Positions 25,944-38,899 of a DNA stretch of 64,000 nt are shown in pieces. The first letter of the stretch is position 1. Each line of letters opens with the position of its first letter. Below the pieces are notes generated by a model. That model was not told where the DNA came from. It saw only the letters and a program-made list of their open reading frames with translations, and ran no database searches. The position numbers and the translations under genes were made by a program. Source of the stretch: Octopus sinensis (taxonomy: Eukaryota); assembly GCF_006345805.1 (NCBI RefSeq), contig NC_043003.1, positions 20,398,001 to 20,462,000 on the forward strand, in the 5' to 3' direction.

Positions 25944-26164
25944 CACACACATATATTTGATATTTATCAGGCGAAAGAAAAAAAGAACTCGTCAGTCTTC
26001 TTCAACGTCTAGCAACATGAAGCAGCCAACATGAAGATAAACACGTGCTGATATCGCTAAATACAAAACGATTTCTGCCTATTTGCTTATAGATCAACGT
26101 CAACAATAACCCATAAACCAATTTTCCATTTCAGAAAATCGCATGGCAAACATCAGTAAATTAC

Positions 26165-26600
26165 TCTATCGATTTAACGACACTCGCATACATACATACA
26201 TGCGTACATACATACATACATACATACATACATACATACATGCATACATGCAACATACATACATACATACATACATACATACATACATACATACATACAT
26301 ACATACATGCATACATACATAAATGCGTACATGCATACATACATACATACATACATACATACATACATGCATACATGCATTCATACATACATACATACAT
26401 GCATACATACATACATACATACATACATGCATACATGCATACATACATATATACATACATACACACACACACATATATATATGAATACACACACACACAT
26501 ATATATATATATGAATACACAGACACACACACACATATATATATGCACATGCGTGCATACATAGAATTATGCATGTATGTATACATGAATACATACATAT
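26165..26600. repeat. (CATA)n compound microsatellite
   Basis: Direct reading. Confidence 0.95.
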
Positions 26601-26689
26601 ATGCATGCAAGACACCGAACACATGTGCGAGCATCCATGACTGTGCAGCACACATACTTATATAGATACATGCATGCATTGACCATGGT

Positions 26690-26989
26690 ATTGCACTCAG
26701 AAGGTTACCCTCCGAGGCACGACTCCGGTCATGGTTGTTTATGGAAAACCAACACTCACCCATGATTACCGGCCTCCGCTCTCCACGCCACCAGTGTTAT
26801 CCAAAGGAAAGGCAAAGGCCGATACTGCTTGGCACCCGTGACGTCGCAACTCATTTCTACAGCTGAGTGAAATGGAGCAACGTGAAATAAAGTGTCTTGC
26901 TCAATAACACAACACGCAGCCGGGTCCACGATTCGAACTCACGACCTCACGATCGTAAGCTGGACGCTCTAACCACTGAGCCACGTGCC

Positions 26990-26992
<3 letters not shown>
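26690..26992 (-). mobile_element. SINE family C
   Basis: Head gaaggcacgtggctcagtggttagagcgtc ... gagttcgaatc, then ttgagcaagacactttatttcacgttgctcc-like core. Confidence 0.85.
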
Positions 26993-27033
<41 letters not shown>

Positions 27034-27107
27034 ATATATATGTATGTAAGTAGATATGTATGTATATTATTATATATATTTATGTATGATATTATTATAT
27101 ATATATA

Positions 27108-27166
<59 letters not shown>

Positions 27167-27330
27167 GTATATTATATAAATATATATATGCTTATATATA
27201 TTATATATATATACATATGTATGGGCGTAGAATTGGCTGAGAGGTATGACGTTTGCTTTCCAAACACATGGTTCTGAGTTTATTCCCACTGCGTAGTACC
27301 ATGGCAAAATGTCTTCTACTATAGACCCAA

Positions 27331-27749
27331 GGTATAGGAGTGGCTGTGTGGTAAGTAGCTTGCTAACCAACCACATGGTTCCGGGTTCAGTCCCACTGCG
27401 TGGCATCTTGGGCAAGTGTCTTCTGCTAATGCCCCGGGCCGACCAATGCCTTGTGAGTGGATTTGGTAGACGGAAACTGAAAGAAGCCTGTCGTATATAT
27501 GTATATATATATATAAGTGTGTGTGTATATGTTTATGTGTCTGTGTTTGTCCCCCTAGCATTGCTTGACAACCGATGCTGGTGTGTTTACGTCCCCGTCA
27601 CTTAGCGGTTCGGCAAAACAGAACGATAGAATAAGTACTGGGCTTACAAAGAATAAGTCCCGGGGTCGATTTGCTCGACTAAAGGCGGTGCTCCAGCATG
27701 GCCGCAGTCAAATGACCGAAACAAGTAAAAGAGTAAAAGAGAAAGAGTA
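27331..27749 (+). mobile_element. SINE family B, full length, preceded by a truncated head at 27222-27325
   Basis: Colinear with 22701-23112. Confidence 0.9.
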
Positions 27750-27772
27750 AGCTAACCAAGGCTTTGTGAGTT

Positions 27773-27823
<51 letters not shown>

Positions 27824-27992
27824 TGAACGAATAGAATAGGTTATAGATAAGAAAGATGATGAAAAGAAAAAATGGTAATTTTTATCAAACTGCTATATAT
27901 GGTTTGCTGTTATGTACAGTATAATCCATTGTCTACTTCTTTACTTTTTTATATATCACAAACTCCCACGCTTCTTACTTTTCCATCTATCC

Positions 27993-28061
<69 letters not shown>

Positions 28062-28226
28062 ACTCTCTGTTTGTCTCTGCCTCTCTCTCTCTCCCCTTCA
28101 CTTTCTCTCTCAGTCTCTGCTAGCCAGTCTACGTACATATCTACCTTATCTCTCATTCTCTCTACCTGCTTGCCTGTCCCCTCTATTCCTCTCCCTCCTT
28201 TTCTTTTCTCCCCCCCTCTCTCTCTC

Positions 28227-28294
<68 letters not shown>

Positions 28295-29164
28295 CACACT
28301 CACACATCCACATATACACACATACGCACACCTAAGAGACTCTCTAGCATCATCATATCTATGTGTGGATATAAATGTTTACTCATACCATGGTTTCCAA
28401 ACAAAATGTTTCATCAATAAATATAAACGAATTAGCATTGTCACTTTATTACATTTATGAATATGCTTGCAAGCCGGAGTGTTTGCATAGTTGCTGTATG
28501 TCTCTCGTTTATAACTCCGTATCTCTGTGTTATTTTTGTATATATACACACACATATCATATATATATATCATAACTACATATTTATATCATATAAGTAT
28601 TGTTCAACAGTACCAGACGAACACGGAGAGCTGAGAGTACATGAATATGTGAAAGACAGACAGATAGATACGTAGGTAAGTTAGTAGTTAGGTGGATAGT
28701 AATTAAGATGGTATTTGAGCAGGGAGAATTGTAAGTCGATAATATGGTAACTATATATGTATAAGGATTAGATAAATTAGCTACATATATTTTGTGGCTT
28801 TGGTTACTTGAAGAAGCGTCGGGTCGATGATTTGCAGGACCCTATGGCTTGTGGCTCAAAGGAAAGAACAGCAGACAGTTAGTGTATTATCCCCAGACGG
28901 GAAACATGGTCCGGATGCTTGAAATGCCATAGACCTTACTAAAATACGCGAGGGATATGTGGTGGCGTTACACCGAATGCTAGATTATATCTTGCTGTTA
29001 TTGTGTTAATACTCACCTTTCTGTGACACTGCTAAAATATGAGATGTAATCCTTTGATATATTTTATTTAATTGTATCGTTTAACCAAACTTTTCATAAT
29101 TAAAATTCTTTGTGGTGTAATCTTAGCTATTATTTTCAGGTCAGTCAATCTGTTATAGTTGTGT

Positions 29165-29237
<73 letters not shown>

Positions 29238-29238
<1 letters not shown>

Positions 29239-29465
29239 TTAAAATAATAAGGGTGAAACATTGAATATTGATTTGATTAATATCAATTTAAAACCAGTGG
29301 TCTAGCATATTGAAAAATCTGAAGGTTCAGAAAAATTATATTACATACATATAAGTGGGATGACCACTAAGTGGACATCCATTATACTAGAAGTAGACGC
29401 CCTATGATCTTACCAGTAAGAAAGGATTGTTCTCAAGAAAATTAAGCAAGTGTGGTCATTCCTCT
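29238..29465 (-). mobile_element. Copy of the 10490/33790 dispersed repeat
   Basis: Reverse complement matches 33810-34020. Carries a short inverted copy of its gtggtcatccc..tt motif at 29451-29465. Confidence 0.7.
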
Positions 29466-29532
<67 letters not shown>

Positions 29533-30294
29533 ATATATACATACATATGAATAGTTAGCACACTGTTATGTAGGTGTTTGTGTGTGCGTGTATAATATAT
29601 ATATATATATATATATGTAGAAGAGAGAGAGAGATATATATCTATATATATTATATATGTGTGTGTGTGTAAATACGTATATATATATTGTATATGCATA
29701 TATATGTAGGTAACTGGATATGAATGTAAACAGATAGACTTACAGACATGGTTATACTATAACAAAAGAAATGAGATGTTTACAATAATTCCTCTCAACA
29801 GGATAAGATTTCAATTCACTTGCAATGAGCAAGATCTGCGAGTGTCATGGTCGTTTACGCAATTCACGTCCGTATATATGTCACAAAAGTATCCATACAT
29901 CCCAATATTTGAGCTGTAGACATACTGTCTCCTTACTTTGCTACTGCTACACCAGCAGACTCAGTTCATCGGAATTGACTGCTCGCATACCATCGCCATT
30001 TAAACTCCCCTTTCTTTTGCCTCTAATTCTCCTCTTGTTCCCCATATTTCGACCCTGAATCAACCCTTAGTTTGATGTGAGTCATTAGAACCAGTCGTTT
30101 CTTCCCAAAACTTATTTGTGGTTAAGAAGCTCGATTTGTACCCATGTATTTTCGGTTCCAGTCCCACAGCTCAGCATCTTGGGTCTAGAATATCTTTCTA
30201 TAATCCCGGGTCGACTAATTTCTTGTGGGTGAATTTGTTAGGTGGAAACTGTGTAGAAGCCTGTACATATATATATATATGTTAACATGTGACA

Positions 30295-30540
30295 TTATTG
30301 ACCGAGGTTACCGTGGTGTTTTCCGTAGGCTTTTCTTTCAACGGATAAACCTTATCTGTTTCCCCCTTTACTCTTTACATCGGGACATTTTTGTGATACA
30401 CGATCCCTATTGATCGTTTTCTTTTTTACGATCCCTTTTGATCGAAAACATACCCTCCCATTTTTTCTCCCCCAAAAGAAAAGCTCTAGTTTGTAATTTG
30501 TCCCCTCTGTGTTCAGCCCTGTGTGGTTAATAAAGAAACA
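30295..30540 (+). mobile_element. Probable LINE 3' UTR fragment whose end is shared with the SINE A tail
   Basis: Ends tttgtcccctctgtgttcagccctgtgtggttaataaagaaa-(CA)n. Reverse-complement relatives at 45895-46110, 46670-46880 and 46982-47030. LINE identity not established. Confidence 0.5.
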
Positions 30541-30769
30541 CACACACACACACACATACATATATATATATATCAATGGGTGTGTGTCCTTGTATGTTTG
30601 TTGCCGCTTTACAAGTGTTGGTTTGTTGCGTTCCTGTATGCTAGCAGTTCGAGAACAGTGAACAATAGAATAAATATCAAATTTAAACAAAATAAGTACT
30701 GTGGTCGATGTGTTCGAATCATGGCCGCCGTCCAGTGACTGATACAAGTAAAAAAATAATTATAAAAGA

Positions 30770-31052
30770 TAATACGTCGGCCTTTTCAATTCTAGCCAGG
30801 CTCATGGGCCCGGTTTCTGTGGCTGGACGGGACGCTAGTCCATCGCAGCGTAACTCAAGAACAGGAATAGAGAGTGAGAAAAAGTTGTGGCGAAAGAGTA
30901 CAACAGTGTCGCCACCATCCCTTGCCGGAGCCTCTTGTAGCTTTTAAGTGTTTTCGCTCAATAAACACACACAACGCCTGATCTGGGAATCGAAACCGCG
31001 ATCCTCCGACCGCAAGTCCGCTGCCCTAACCACTGGGCCATTGCGCCTCCGC
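30770..31052 (-). mobile_element. SINE family C variant
   Basis: Head gcggaggcgcaatggcccagtggttagggcagcggact..ggtttcgattccc. Confidence 0.75.
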
Positions 31053-32064
31053 GATAAAAAGATAATATTGCATTAATATTCTATCTGTGAAACTTCCTGT
31101 TTTGCCGCAGTCCTCAACTTGTAACTACTCAAGTGGAAAAATAATCGTGTATCTTATCGGTATCAAGAGGCCCTTGAAGACCATAGGCATAATCCTTTCC
31201 TTCTGAACGATACCAATACAATTTTTAAAATATATAATAAATTAATAAATATTCTTTTGATCTCACCAGCATACATTTTAATAGTTTCTTAATGGCAGCA
31301 ATATGAATATGATTTGCATAAATGATAGATAACACCTATCACATATTGAATCCTTGCCGTGTACCAGCATGAACATATTTCAAAATTTTGTAAAATACGG
31401 AGACTTTTGTTCATATTCCAATTAATTATGGCAAACAATATTTTTATCTTTATCTTTATTTTTCCTTTTTGCTGCAGCCCGTGCGATAAAACATCTTGAT
31501 AATTAGATTTATCAGACGTCGTTTAAATAGACTTTTATTTATCGATTGAAAATCTTACGAGACACGTAAGACATGATTTCTAGGAAAGAACTGAGAGGCG
31601 TGGTTGTGTGTTTAAGGAGTTCTCTTCACAATCATTTTATTCCGGGTTCGATTTTACCGCGCGGCGCTTTGAGAAAATATATATATATTCTACCACAACA
31701 TCGATTGAGCAATACTTGATGATTGGTGTTTGCTACATAGAAGCTGTATGACAGACTGATGTGCATGTGAATATCTGTCTATCTGCCTCTGTCTGTCTGT
31801 TTCTCTCTCACCTTCTCTCTCTCTGTCTGTATGTCTGTCTCTCTCTCGCTCTCTACACACACTCATATAGACATTGGAATTTTTCATTTGCTGATTACAC
31901 AACCACTGACGCCACTCCTGTAGATGCGTTGCTATTACTTTCTTGGTAGAGTTTGATGGTTCTGACCGTTGATTTTCTAAGATTTCTCCGCTCAGCATTA
32001 ATGTAAGAAGCACTGTTCACTCAGATGAGGTCTTCCGCTACCTCTTCAAAATCCGCCATGCTGC

Positions 32065-32395
32065 AATCCCATGACTTCGCCGTATCCCTGGTAGGGTTGC
32101 ATATACCTTATACATTAAGTAAATACAGTATTTTAATTTAGTGCATTTTTCTCGCGTATGCATAGTATCGATCGCAACAGCTGATGTACTTGCGCGTCCA
32201 AATGCACGTTCCCACGGCTTTAGCGATCACATTCTCACCTGGAATAGATTTTTGTAAATTTTTCAAGACTTATACACGCTCTGATACCGTCGGTATCTAC
32301 ATATCAAATTTAAGTGCAATTGGATGGAGGATGCCCGAGATCCTAGAAGACACACACACAGACAGACAGAACGGATTTTATATAATAGAAATTAT
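32065..32395 (+). mobile_element. Possible Helitron/Helentron-derived non-autonomous element
   Basis: Ends caaatttaagtgcaattggatggagg..gacacacacacagacagacagaacggattttatataatag, resembling the microsatellite-bearing 3' ends of Lep1/DINE-1-type elements (from recall only). Confidence 0.3.
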
Positions 32396-32918
32396 TTGAA
32401 TTACTTTAGCAGCAATATTGTCCATTTTAATGACGTTGTTTCTAGCATCGCTCAAAACATATTATTTTCCTCCATCTCTTGACCTCATTGTGCTTAACTC
32501 CATTTATTTTATAACTTCTTTTACTTGTCCCAATATTGGAAACTATTTTTCCCTAATTATTTATCTGCTGGGGCAAGGTTTCGTTGATCATTGGCTGTGA
32601 GAAGGATAATTTCAGTTACTGTCGTTAATAAAATGTGTTCGACTCCAGTATTCTCACAACAGTTTCCATTTTGTTTGTTCTTTCTTTCTTTCTTTCTTTC
32701 TTTTACTTAATTTATTTATTTTGGCGTTTTGTCGTCTCAAGTACACTTATGCTGATGGTTCGACCTTCGGTACACAAAAGATATTGTGAAGAGATCTCTC
32801 TGACTAGCATCATTGACGATGAAGAAACAACATTTTCTCCATCAAATCCGCTCACCACAACCACCATCACCATCATGACCATACCACTACAACTACTTAC
32901 AACAGTAACAAAAATATA

Positions 32919-32962
<44 letters not shown>

Positions 32963-33740
32963 GTAGTAGTAGTAGTAGTATATATTTTTGTTACTGTTGT
33001 AAGTAGTTGTAGGAGTAGTAGTAATAATGATGATAATGATGGTAATACTGATAATAATAATAATAATAATGATAATATTGTTATACTACCATTTTGATTG
33101 CAGTAACTGTTACTAAAATCACTGACATTACTACTCATTACTACTAGCACATACTCAACAATTACTTAAGAAATGCGCCCCACCATCACTATTACCATCA
33201 CCATCAACACCACCACCACCACCACCACCACTACGCTCTGTCCCACCACCACCACCACCACCACCATTACCACTACCCTCTGTTCCATTTCCACCGCCGC
33301 CGCCGCCGCCGCCGCCACCGCCACCACCGTCACCACCCTCAGCACCACCACAACCACCACCACGACGACCAGCACAAACAGAACCACCTTCAGGACGAAC
33401 AACAACACTAACACAAGCACAACAACGACGACAACGAACACCACCACCACCACCACAGCTACCACCATCAATAACAACAGCAAATTCTATCAACCTTTCG
33501 TTGCTAGGCCACTTACAGTTTATTAGTCGCCATCTTCGTAATAAATTATTGATTGTGTTGTGTTACCTTCGGTTCTCGCTACCATTAGTAAACAGACACT
33601 TTACACGCTACACATATCCATGAATACAATGTGAGAAACACACATTCAAGAACTGTCACATATAGAGGAGTATACAGTATATACATACAAACATACGAAC
33701 ATAGAAGAGGGATGACCTGTAAGTGGAGATCCATTATGTA

Positions 33741-33778
<38 letters not shown>

Positions 33779-33789
33779 ATCTTTTAATT

Positions 33790-34020
33790 TGTCTTGCTCG
33801 CTTACGTTCTGGCACTTGCTAAATTTACTTGAGAACATTCTTTTCTTAGTGGTAAGACCATAGCGGATCTTCTTCTAGCGTAATTGATGTCCACTTACAG
33901 GTCATCCCTCTTATATGTATGTAATATAATATTTTCTAAAAGTTCAAATTTTTCAATATGCTAGACCACTGGTTTTAAATTGATATTAATCAAATTAATA
34001 TTCAATTTTTCACCCTTAAA
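33790..34020 (+). mobile_element. Copy of the 10490/29238 dispersed repeat, with an inverted fragment at 33703-33735
   Basis: aagagggatgacctgtaagtgga (33705) is the reverse complement of tccacttacaggtcatccctctt (33889). Confidence 0.7.
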
Positions 34021-34262
34021 TACAAACATACGTATATAAACACACATGCATGCATACATACACATATATATACATACGTCCTTGTATGCACACATATACG
34101 CATACTCACATAAATACAAACATACGTATATGCGTGCATACATAAAGGCATACATACATACGTGCATGCATGAATACGTGTACTCATATAAGCATACATA
34201 CATAATACACGTATACATAAATATATACATATACATACGTATATACATACATGCATATGGCA

Positions 34263-34600
34263 TGAGGTGACCCCCTTCGGTCATGAATGACCATGGCATT
34301 GCACCTAGAAAGTTACCCTCCGAGGCACAAGTGTGGGAAAGTTTGGTTATGGAAGACCAGTAGTCCCTCATGCATACCATTTTCCCCTCTCGAGGCCACC
34401 GATATTTTCCAAGGGAAACACAAAGGCCGACACAGCTTGATCCCAGTGATGTTGGTACTCATTTCTATAGCTGAGTGAAATGGAGCAACGGAAATGAAGT
34501 GTCTTGCTCAAGAACACAACACGCAGTCCGGTTCGGGAATCGAACTCACAACTCATGATCGTAGTCTCGACGCTCTAACCACTGAACCATGCGCCTTCAC
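34263..34600 (-). mobile_element. SINE family C
   Basis: Colinear with 26690-26992. Confidence 0.85.
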
Positions 34601-34845
34601 TTAATCCATATATACAGATAGGCGGTGCTCTTTTAAAGTGATGCTCCAGCATGACCGCAGTGAAATGAATGAAACATGTAAAAGAACAAAAGAATTCAAA
34701 GATTATGCATGCATACATAAATACCCACATACGTAAATAAATACATAATTATACATAGATACAATCATGCATACACAAATACATACACACATGCATACAT
34801 ACACGCATTTATACATACAAACATACACACATGCATGCATAAATA

Positions 34846-35192
34846 TTGGTTTGTCCGGAAAGTTTGTACCGATTTTTAGAGGAAAGAAAAGGGTCAATAA
34901 ATACTTGCCATTATATTTTTAATCGACCAAATATGAACCATTTTGTTGCACAATGCGTCTCCATCTTTCATTTAATTTGAAAATACCCTCTTCCAAGAAT
35001 TGAGGTGGTTTCATGGCAAATAATTCATCAAGGTATCTTTTTACGTCATCCAAAAAATTGAAATTTTTACCATTAAGACTATTCTGCAGAGACCTGAATA
35101 AGTGGAAATCTAAAGGAACAATATCTGGTAAATATGGAGGGTGGGGTAACACATCCCAGCCGAGTTGCAGCAATTTTTGTCTGGTTCCCAAA
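34846..35192 (-). mobile_element. Mariner transposase C-terminal fragment with 3' TIR
   Basis: LGWDVLPHPPYLPDIVPLDFHLFRSLQNSLNGKNF...EGIFKLNERWRRIVQQNGSYLVD* (YSPDLAP-D motif). TA + ttggtttgtccggaaagttt terminus. Confidence 0.9.
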
Positions 35193-35499
35193 GCATCAAG
35201 TGCCGAAATGAACTTACTTATCTTCCATTTTAAAGGGTTACAGCATTAACACAGGTTATAGGAAGATAAACCTCCCTCCACGAAAAGATAGCTTAAACTG
35301 TGCTCTAAATGGAGGTGTAGTCAAATCCTCTTTTGTGGACTCAACTATGTTCTAAAATCAAAATCAAAATCAATGGCTTACAAACGCCTTCCATGCTGCA
35401 ATTATTTTCGTTCCAGCACACGATCTGAGATCATGTCACTTGCTATGCAAGTACATCTCCGTATATATATCATTATTTCAAATATTGGTACACGGTCCG

Positions 35500-36329
35500 G
35501 TCGATGATGATGATGATGATGACGACGACGACGACGACGACGATGATGATGATAATGATAATGATGAAGATGATGATGATGACGATAATGATGATGATGG
35601 TGACGATGATGATAATGAGATATTGATGATAATGACGACGACGATGACGAAGATTATGATAATGATGACGATGATGATGATGTTGATGTCGAGGACGACG
35701 ACGACGACGATGATGACGTCGATGAAGATGACGATGACGATGATGATGATATTAATGTTAATGACAGAAGCGAGAAAAGGCGTTAAGAATGCCAAAGCCA
35801 ACGAAGAAACAAGAACACTTAAAAGTGAAAACAAACACACATTAAGCGTATTAATGTGTATTACTCAAATACCTGCTAATCTTGCACATAACTTCCTGCA
35901 TCAGCACCACCAGCACTACCACCAGCACCGATGCCTTTAGCGTCATCATCATCATCATCATCGTCATCAAAATCTATGCCGAAATTACTAGCATCAGCGC
36001 CACCAATAACAACAGCATTTAATCAAGATAGCAATAAAATGTAATATTACTAGCGTCACATTGGCATCACCATCGCCATCATGATCATCAGCTTCATCAT
36101 CATTATCATCATCAGCATCACCACTAACACCACCATCACCATCACCACCACCACCACCACAATCATCATCATCATCATCATCATCATCACCACCACCACA
36201 ACTATTACCACCACGACCATTGTAATTACCACCACCATCGCAATCACCACCACCACCACCACCACCACCATCATCACTACCATCATTATCATCATCATCA
36301 TCACCACCACCATCACCACTACCATCATT

Positions 36330-36363
<34 letters not shown>

Positions 36364-36765
36364 CCACTACCAGTAACAGTATAACAACGATTATCACCCC
36401 GACGACGGCCACCAGTATCATCACCATCATCATCATCATCATCGTCACTACCACCAATAATGTCGCCGCCGCCACCACCACCATCACCACCACCACCAAC
36501 AACGACAACAACAAAAATAACCTCTCACCACCATCGCTGCCACCAACACAACAAGTACCATCACTACCATCCTCACCACTATCACTACCTTCACCACCAT
36601 GTCACGAGTATTGCCCCCCACCACCACAACCAACACCACTACCACCACCATCACTATCACTACAATCACAACCACCGCCTCCACCAACACCACAACCACC
36701 ACCCCGACCATCACCACTATAACCACCACGACTAACACCATGGACAATAACAACAGCATCAGCAG
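35500..36765. repeat. Compound (GAT/GAC)n and (CAT/CAC)n trinucleotide block
   Basis: Direct reading. Confidence 0.9.
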
Positions 36766-36767
36766 CA

Positions 36768-36945
36768 TACAGTTCTATATTTAAGAGATGAGGAATTATG
36801 TACATTATTTACATTATTTACATTTGATGGATATTTGTTGTTAAAACGTTTCGGGAATGATATACTCTCCAGCCATCATCAGGTGTCTTGGGGAAATTTC
36901 GAACCTGGGTTCTCCTTCCTAAGGTGTTTTTCAATGCTGTTATTA
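36768..36945 (-). mobile_element. Penelope-style tail with a degenerate hammerhead motif, putative 3' module of a composite SINE
   Basis: Minus strand: caagacac-CTGATGA-tggctggagagtatatcattccc-GAAA-CG-TT at 36890-36845. Ends ...tcctcatctcttaaatatagaactgta. Confidence 0.55.
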
Positions 36946-36976
36946 TTATTATTATTATGATTATTATTATTATTAT

Positions 36977-37528
36977 TGAGTGAGCGAGCAGAGCATGCCA
37001 TCAAAGTGACACTGGGGTAAAATATACGAAGCCCAGTATACCCATCATGACTACCCGTCTGATAAGGGTACACCAGGCACATGCATCACAACCATATGTG
37101 CGTGACATGGTGATCTCATATCAAGATAAACAGCACATGACCTTGCAGGAGGAGCCCAGTTAGAATTTTCTTCAGATCGAGTAACCCATACCGCTCAAAA
37201 GGTCCCTGAATAAGGGTTGTTTAAGGACGTTGAACGAAACACCCATGTTTCCAGAGGTGAATTATTCAAACCCCAAAGAATCCTTCTCAACACATGGCTA
37301 TGATGCTCCCCCACTACTTCTGCTCGTGATCAGAGATGCACATATCGTCAGCCACTAAGGGACATGCTCAACTGGTTAGGTCAAACAACTGACAAGCAAA
37401 TCTGTGGTATTCAGCAGAATTTGCTGTAGCCCATCTTTTATACCAAGACAAAACAATGTACATGATAACACTTCCAATCAGTTAAGATCAGAAGCCATAA
37501 GAGCCACTGCCTGATACTGCATCAGGGC

Positions 37529-37559
<31 letters not shown>

Positions 37560-38113
37560 GAGTGAGAGAGCAGTTCATGCCATCAAAGTGACACTGGGGT
37601 AAAATATACGAAGCCCAATATACCCATCATGACTACCCGTCTGATAAAGGTACACCAGGCACATGCATCACAACCATATGTGCGCGACATGGTGATCTCA
37701 TATCAAGATAAACAGCACATGACCTTGCAGGTGGGGCCCAGTTAGAATTTTCTTCAGGTTGAGTAGCCCATCCCGCTCAAACGGTCCCTGAATAAGGGTT
37801 GTTCAAGGATGTTGAAAGAACCACCCATGTTTCCAGAGGTGAACTATTCAAACCCCAGAGAATCCCTCTCAACACATGGCTATGATGCTCCCCCACTACT
37901 TCTGCTCGTGATCAGAGATGCACATATCGTCAGCCACTAAGGGACATGCTCAACTGGTTAAGGTCAAACAACTGACAAGCAAATCTGTGGTATTGAGCAG
38001 AATATTTGCTGTAGCCCATCTTTTATGCCAAGACAAAACAATGTACATGATAACACTTCCAATCAGTTAAGATCAGAAGCCATGAGAGCCACTGCCTGGT
38101 ACTGCATCAGGGC

Positions 38114-38186
<73 letters not shown>

Positions 38187-38710
38187 GAGTGAGAGAGCAA
38201 TGCATGCCATCAAAGTGACACTGGGGTAAAATATACGAAGCCCAGTATACCCATTATGACTACCTGTCTGATAAGGGTACACCAGGCACATGAATCACAA
38301 CCATATGTGCGCGACATGGTGATCTCATATCAAGATAAACAGCGCATGACCTTGCAGGTAGAGCCCAGTTAGAATTTTCTTCTGGTCGAGTAGCCCATTC
38401 CACTCAAAAGGTCCCTGAATAAGGTTTCTTTAAGGATATTGAACGAATCATCCATGTTTCTAAAGGTGAATTATCCTAACCTCACACGGCTATGATGCTC
38501 CGCCACTAGTCCTGCTTGTGATTAGAGATGCACATATTGTCAGCCACTAGGGGACATGGTCAACTGGTTATGGTCAAACAACTGACAAGCAAATCTGTGG
38601 TATTGAGCAGAATATTTTCTGTAGCCCATCTTTTATACCAAGACAAAGCAATGTACATGATAACACTTCCAATCAGTTAAGATCAGCAGCCATGAGAGCC
38701 ATTGCCCGTT
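36977..38710 (-). mobile_element. Three head-to-tail copies of the ~555-bp element separated by (ATT)n
   Basis: Copies at 36977-37531, 37559-38116 and 38186-38710. Each has private substitutions, and the third is most diverged. Confidence 0.92.
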
Positions 38711-38806
38711 ATTTATATTATTATATTATTATTATTATTATTATTATATTATTATTATTATTATTATTGTTGTTGTTGTTGTTATTGTTGTTGTTGTTGT
38801 TGTTAT

Positions 38807-38876
38807 CCAGGTGACTGCCTTGAATAGAACTCGGAATCTTGGGGTTAGTAGCCCGCGCTCTTAACCATTACGGCAA
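38807..38876 (-). mobile_element. Short tRNA-like SINE head followed by (AAC/AAT)n
   Basis: Minus strand tgccgtaatggttaagagcgcgggctactaaccccaagattccgagttctattcaaggcagtcacctgg, with A-box-like and B-box-like motifs. Confidence 0.7.
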
Positions 38877-38899
38877 ATGTAAAATAATATAGCAACAGC

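Noticed and set aside
33155-33526. Gly-rich and Thr-rich ORFs on both strands
   Set aside because: (CAC/CGC)n low-complexity tract with no splice signals or non-repetitive coding context.
35440-35940. Asp-rich 166-aa ORF
   Set aside because: (GAT/GAC)n repeat that drifts into Met/Thr runs, with no domain.
36977-38710. Regularly spaced repeat array considered as CRISPR-like or satellite
   Set aside because: Units are ~555 bp, spacers are pure (ATT)n, dispersed copies exist elsewhere and no cas genes are present. The DNA is eukaryotic.
38807-38876. Possible functional tRNA gene
   Set aside because: No complete acceptor stem, a degenerate B-box and a microsatellite directly after. Better explained as a SINE head.
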